A stretch of DNA of 64,000 nucleotides from Paraspadella gotoi (Eukaryota > Animalia > Chaetognatha): assembly GCA_051294375.1 (NCBI GenBank), contig CM119263.1:4172161-4236160 (forward strand). The letters are read 5' to 3'. Of this stretch, positions 63,888-64,000 are shown one piece after another. Below the pieces are notes generated by a model. That model ran no database searches. It was not told the DNA's origin and was given only the letters and a program-made list of their open reading frames with translations. The first letter of the stretch is position 1. The number at the start of each line of letters is the position of its first letter. The translations under genes and the position numbers were made by a program.

Positions 63888-64000
63888 GTGAGTCGTCAAT
63901 ATGAGTTAAATTGGCGGAAAATAGACGTCCGGTCATTGATAGAATATTTTTAAATAATTGATTGCTCGTTTTAAAATCTATTGCATGCTATTAATAGTAA

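Overview
AT-rich, microsatellite-laden eukaryotic (invertebrate animal-like) genomic DNA from a gapped draft assembly with many N runs. Almost all ORFs in the supplied track are artefacts of (GA)n/(GAC)n repeats or N gaps. Real genes were assembled by hand from GT-AG exons. They are a complete complexin (+, 4 coding exons, 144 aa), a complete PDCD4 (-, 9 coding exons, 458 aa), a multi-exon pseudogene of an unrecognised protein (-) and the first three coding exons of a TTC17-like gene (+) at the right edge. Mobile DNA includes a non-autonomous DIRS1-type element (ITRs, ICR and decayed gag, with the ICR apparently upstream of gag). A small LTR element with non-TG..CA ends sits in a PDCD4 intron and carries a decayed ORF with about seven TQT (LC8-type) motifs. 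Also present are a reverse-transcribed tRNA-Leu 3' fragment with CCA, a Penelope-type hammerhead remnant, Helitron-like ends, RTE-like fragments and several minisatellites. The 4.3-kb tandem duplication at 2.9-11.4 kb is probably an assembly artefact. No CRISPR or prokaryotic system is present. I cannot claim a clearly new biological system; the best leads are the unusual retroelements, a structured repeat at 23-24.5 kb and complexin splicing oddities.
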